Source: the human T2T-CHM13v2.0 reference genome, Homo sapiens. Taken from it: a stretch of DNA of 64,000 nucleotides. Positions 59,080 to 64,000 of the stretch are shown one piece after another. The position numbers and the translations under genes are program-made. The DNA is taken from the NCBI RefSeq assembly GCF_009914755.1, contig NC_060931.1. One strand, written 5' to 3'. Numbering within the stretch: position 1 is the stretch's first letter; the number at the start of each line of letters is the position of its first letter. Below the pieces are notes generated by a model. It saw only the letters and a program-made list of their open reading frames with translations. It did not search any database and was not told the origin of the DNA.

Positions 59080-59196
59080 AATGGCAAAATTATCGAAAAG
59101 ATTCAGGGTGCAAATGCACCGCTTGTTAATAAAAAAGTTATTAATTTGATCGATGAGGAGAGAAAAATTGCAGCAGGTGAAATGGCTCGACCTCAG
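59080..59196 (+). CDS. NME8: NME8 exon 7, NGKIIEKIQGANAPLVNKKVINLIDEERKIAAGEMARPQ (symmetric, skippable)
   Basis: ttatAG acceptor and CAG|GTAATA donor; 117 nt, phase 0-0. Confidence 0.95.
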
Positions 59197-59216
59197 GTAA
59201 TACTTTGGATTAACAA

Positions 59217-59311
59217 CAGTTTGAAGACAAGCTTATCATTTAGAGTGAAATAGAACAAAATGCACTACTGGTGCTAGGTACCTCTAAAGGCTTTGAGTAC
59301 TTTATGTCTTT
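59217..59311 (+). repeat. 95-bp direct repeat, copy 1 (NME8 intron 7)
   Basis: 90 of 95 bases identical to 61534-61628. Confidence 0.95.
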
Positions 59312-59551
59312 TAATTTTAAAAAAGTACATTACCTTTTATTTGATGTTATCCTAAGTTGTTTAACCTAATTTTGTAACTATCCAGGTGTGTAAATGGTGC
59401 AACTTTTCTGGGAAGCATTTTGGCAATGCATGTGTATATATATTTATATACATAAAAATGAAACCTTTCGGATAGTTCACAGAATCACAGAAGCATATTC
59501 ATGGCTTCCCTGAAAGTTAGGAACCTTTGTCCTTCTGGTACTTTGCTCTTT

Positions 59552-59648
59552 TTTTTTGTTTTTAAATTGACTTTATAAGTGTAAGTATATAGCAATTATT
59601 TATTTGAAATTTGTAAGAACATAAAAGCTATTTGGATGAATTAAAAAA
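59552..59648 (-). mobile_element. Short retroposed non-TE insert (orphan transduction or retrocopy 3' end)
   Basis: 18-bp TSD TCTGGTACTTTGCTCTTT (59534-59551, 59649-59666), T-tail at the left end, TTT/AA at the right copy. Confidence 0.75.
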
Positions 59649-59877
59649 TCTGGTACTTTGCTCTTTAATAGGATATTGATTATTGGTTTGAGAAATATTT
59701 TTTTTTTTAGTTAAGGAAATATCGTTTTGTTCCAAATTTGCTGAGAGTAATGGTTAAGAACAGATCTTCACACTTATCAAATGCCCTTTTGATATTTAAC
59801 ATGATTATCATGTGTTTGCAGTTTTCTTATTTATTAATTTCTGCTTTGTTCTTATTTTATCTCCCATGCTCTTATTA

Positions 59878-60192
<315 letters not shown>

Positions 60193-60448
60193 TTAAAAAA
60201 TTAAGGTTTGCTACCCTTTTCATACTGCACATATGCATTATTCCTGCCCCTTCCATTTTAAAACATCCCTTATTTTATTTAAGTGGAAAGCTGGAGACAG
60301 TAATGTTAGATAAGTTCAGGAACTCTTCCACTTTACTTTCTATTTCTTAGACTATAAATATTTACTAGATACAAAATTTCTAAAAACCCACTCACTATCA
60401 TATTAAAACATAACTGTGTTATCTTTGCATTGCATTTCTTTTTCATAG

Positions 60449-60515
60449 TATCCTGAAATTCCATTAGTAGACTCAGATTCAGAAGTTAGTGAAGAATCAC
60501 CATGTGAAAGTGTTC
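60449..60515 (+). CDS. NME8: NME8 exon 8, YPEIPLVDSDSEVSEESPCESV
   Basis: tttcatAG acceptor and C|GTAAGT donor; 67 nt. Confidence 0.94.
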
Positions 60516-61400
60516 GTAAGTAAATTTACTTCAAAGTAATCCAAGGGTTTTCTGTACGTGGGCGGTCATCACAGCATCACTTGTTTCAGCAAAACACTGG
60601 TAACAAATCCATGTTTATTAAGGAGGAATTATTCAGATAAATGATGATTTGGGCCTTGCAAGACTCAGCTATTAAAAAGCACCTTCTTTTCCTCACTCGC
60701 CTTACCTTTGGTTCTGGGCCTGGAGCCTTTCAGAGGTTACCCTGTACAATGGATTCCTGTCTCCTGTGACTTATCTGGACAGCAGCTTCCTATTTCATCC
60801 TTCATCATCTTCCAAATATTTGTGATGATAATTTCTTCCTTGATGACCCATACTCTTGGTTTACTTTGCAGTTAACAATTTCACGCCTTCACTAGATTAT
60901 CTGCATTGGGGTAGTGGGGTGTATGTGTTCATACTCTGGAGGGAGCAGAGGCAAACAGCCATAACCAAATGAGTTATCTTGCACTAAAAGCTCATTATAA
61001 GAATGTCGATACATTCACAGATGAATCTGTCGGTGATGTTTACTTGCATGATTCACAGTTAAAACTTCACTTACTGGTAGTACTGTGCTGGATGGATCCT
61101 GTGTGTGATTCTTACGCATGGGAATTGCATTCAAACCACCAGGGCCTACCTACTCAATTTTTGTTTCCTCTGGATTAAAAACTCTTGTAAATGTTTCCCC
61201 TGCATGCAAATATAGGAACTGCCATTTGATTCTAAGTAGGAACCCTCTGGTAGTTGAAATGCCGTAGTAAGATACACAGCTATCAATGGGCAACAACTAA
61301 CTGATCATTAGAAATTTACATTGCTAATTGCCAGATCCTTCATTATCCAGACTTTGTGCCAAGAAAATGAAATTCTGTCTTTTTCTAAATTTTTTTCCAG

Positions 61401-61474
61401 AGGAATTATACAGTATTGCTATTATCAAACCGGATGCTGTGATTAGTAAAAAAGTTCTAGAAATTAAAAGAAAA
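61401..61474 (+). CDS. NME8: NME8 exon 9, (Q)ELYSIAIIKPDAVISKKVLEIKRK, start of first NDPk-like domain
   Basis: IIKPDA is the NDP-kinase N-terminal motif; ttttccAG acceptor and |GTAAGT donor; 74 nt. Confidence 0.95.
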
Positions 61475-61533
61475 GTAAGTAATATTTTCCAACTATGATT
61501 AAATTAATTGCAAAATAACAACCTCTTAATCGT

Positions 61534-61628
61534 CAGTTCAAAGACAAGCGTACCATTTAGAGTGAAATAGAACAAAATGCACTACTGGTGCTAGGTACCT
61601 CTAGAGGCTTTGAGTACTTTATGTCTTT
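61534..61628 (+). repeat. 95-bp direct repeat, copy 2 (NME8 intron 9)
   Basis: 90 of 95 bases identical to 59217-59311. Confidence 0.95.
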
Positions 61629-61725
61629 ACAAGGCTCGATCTATTCATGCATCCTTCTGTAAATGATCCTACTCTACCAGCATCCTATGTAAATTTTAAA
61701 AAATTATAGTTCTTATACTAGATTG

Positions 61726-62410
61726 TATATTAGTCTGTCTTCATGCTGCTGATAAAGATGTATCTGAGACTGGGCAATTTACAAAAGAGAGAGGTTTATT
61801 GGACTTACAGTTCCACATGGCTGGGGAGGCATCACAATCATGGCAGAAGGCAAGGAGGAGCAAGTCACATCTTACGTGGATGGCAGCAGGCAAAGAGAAC
61901 TTGTGCAAGAAATCTTCCATTTTTAAAGCCATCAGATCTCATGAGACTCATTCACTATCATGAGAACAGTGCAGGAAAGACTAGCCCCCATAATTCAATC
62001 ACCTCCCACTGGATTCCTCCCACAACACATGGGAATTGTGGGAGTTTAAAATTCAAGGTGAGATTTCGATAGGGACAGAGCCAAACCATATCATTCTGCT
62101 CCTGGCCCCTACCAAATGTCATGTTCTCACATTTCAAAAACGAATCATGGTTTCTCAATAGTCCCCCAAAGTCTTAACTCATTTCAGCATTAACTCAAAA
62201 GTTCACAGTTCAGCATCTCATCTGAGACAAGGCAAGTCCCTTCTGCCTATGAGCCAGTTAGATCAAAAGCAAGTTAGTTACTTCCTAGATACAATAGGGG
62301 TGCAGGTATTGGGTAAATACAGCCATTCCAAGTGGGAGAAATTGGCCAAAATGAAGGGGCTACAGGCCCCAAGCAAGTCTGAAATCCAGCAGAGCAGTCA
62401 AATCTTAAAG
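61726..62410 (-). mobile_element. THE1 (MaLR) LTR plus truncated internal segment
   Basis: LTR 61726-62092 (minus strand starts TGATATGGTTTGGCTCTGTCCC), followed by THE1-int sequence to 62410. Confidence 0.88.
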
Positions 62411-62577
62411 TTTGTATATTTTTGAGCCACTTCAAACCAAGTGTCCTATAGATTTTGCTGAGGTTCTTATAGAAAATGTATTGAAAGCTGGTGGTTTGTT
62501 AAGCCCAAAAAACAAACTTAACTTGTTTTACATGTGATCCCACGACACCTGGATTTGACCTTACTCTCTAATTGAAG

Positions 62578-62670
62578 ATTACCAAAGCTGGATTTATTAT
62601 AGAAGCAGAGCATAAGACAGTGCTCACTGAAGAACAAGTTGTCAACTTCTATAGTCGAATAGCAGACCAG
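62578..62670 (+). CDS. NME8: NME8 exon 10, ITKAGFIIEAEHKTVLTEEQVVNFYSRIADQ
   Basis: NDPk-like pattern (GF.I....LT.EQ...FY); weak acceptor ctaattgaAG and donor CAG|GTATGA; 93 nt. The gene continues beyond the window. Confidence 0.93.
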
Positions 62671-63204
62671 GTATGAAAGTTAAAAAGAAAAAATCCTCTA
62701 TGTGTTTAAATACAGTGGCCTCCATAAGCTTTAAATCTTTATTACAGAAAAGCAAATTAGTAAGTCTGAACAACTAAAATAAGCTCCTGGTGTCCCTGTT
62801 GGTGTCCATATCATGGAGATGCCAATGATAGTGGCTCTGAAAAAAATCTTCGGTAGAAATAGTGGCTACCAAGCAAAACTGGATGGTCTGATTGTGTTTT
62901 GTTGACATGAAGACCTCTTTATGTCAGGCCCTCCAAGAGCCCCTGCATCAGTCCTCTGGAAGTGAATATCCAGTCATTTTCTATTGATTTTTATTCTGGG
63001 TTGAAGGCTCTGTCACCAGCTTCACAAGAATGCTTTAATCTTTTCTTTACCTAAGGGCCTTTCTCTCAGGCTGCCCCCACCCCAACTGCCCCACTCCTGC
63101 CACCTCCCTACCCCACCAACTCTTTTTTGTCTGGGGATATAATATAATAAAGGCAGTGCTGTGTATTAGAAAGTGTACTGGCTTGGGAGTCAGGAGACCT
63201 CACT

Positions 63205-63640
63205 TCTAGAAATGAACTGTCCAATATGGTAGCTACTAGATACATGTGATCATTTGAATTTAAATTCATTAAGATTAAATTACATTAAAAATGTGAAGTC
63301 TCAGTTGCACTAGCCACATTTTAAGTGTTCAAATCCACATGTGGCTACTGTGTTGGAAAGGGCAGAAGAGCATGTACGTCATCACATACCATTCTACTGG
63401 ACATCACTTTGTGGAACTGACTGCATCACTCATGCCATCTCTGTTGGCCCCGGCTTCCATGTGTGTAGAAAGAAAGGGTTATGCCAACTGTATTCGCATT
63501 AACTGTAAACTTCTGAGAAAATCCAATTCCTGGGCCCCACCTCAGACTTACTAAATCAGAAACTGTAGGATTGGGCTCCAGAAATATGTGTTTTAACAAG
63601 CCCCGTAGATGACTTGGAAACATCCTAAATTTGGGAATAT
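63205..63640. mobile_element. MER3-like (63205-63365) and MER5A-like (63490-63640) MITEs
   Basis: Palindromic CTGTCCAATATGGTAGCTACTAG...CTACTGTGTTGGA; TGGGCCCCACCTCAGACTTACTAAATCAGAAACT. Confidence 0.65.
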
Positions 63641-63745
63641 TGTTAGGTTACCTTTAAGATAAATTCCTACTAGCTTTGAACTTCTGCCACTTAAAAATGT
63701 AGGAGACTAGTGACTGGGAAGGGATAGGGAGAGATTTGTTAAAGA

Positions 63746-64000
63746 TGTGAACCAAAAGTATCTGAGACAGGTTGCAATCAATTTAGAAAGTTTATTTTGC
63801 CAAGGTTAAGGACACGCCCATGACACAGCCTCAGGAGGCCCTGATGACATGTTTCCAAGGTGGTCGGGGCACAGCTTGATTTTATACATTTTAGGGAGAC
63901 ATGAGACATCAATCAATATGTGTAATATGTACATTGGTTCTTCCTGGAGAGGTGGGACAACTTGAAGCAGGGTTGCTTCCAGGTCTTAGGTAGATAAGAG
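63746..64000 (-). mobile_element. MER4-family ERV1 LTR (runs off the window)
   Basis: TGTGAACCAAAAGTATCTGAGACAGG...AGTTTATTTTGCCAAGGTTAAGGAC is typical of the antisense MER4A end. Confidence 0.8.

Overview
Human (or very close great-ape) genomic DNA. It covers about 45 kb of repeat-dense upstream sequence and the 5' part of NME8 (TXNDC3/SPTRX2, thioredoxin plus NDP-kinase-like domains) on the + strand. I can read two probable non-coding exons and eight coding exons (MASKKREVQLQ...WCGPC...YSRIADQ, residues 1-207). Almost every long ORF in the track is an L1, Alu, Tigger or simple-repeat artefact. I found no prokaryote-type system, CRISPR array, RNA gene or new protein-coding gene. The most notable items are: (1) a ~1.5 kb hierarchically built (GAA/GAG/GGA) polypurine tract ending about 230 bp before the probable NME8 first exon; (2) three L1-mediated transduction-type insertions with clean target-site duplications (TSDs), two partnered and one orphan in NME8 intron 7, plus two twin-primed L1s; (3) a 65-bp templated copy of neighbouring L1 sequence patched into an Alu; (4) a CDCA3 retrocopy that seems to record a +15-nt alternative splice-donor isoform; (5) a 95-bp intronic direct repeat bracketing NME8 exons 8-9. 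Gene identities, exon numbering, variant names and repeat subfamily names come from memory and were not checked by any search.
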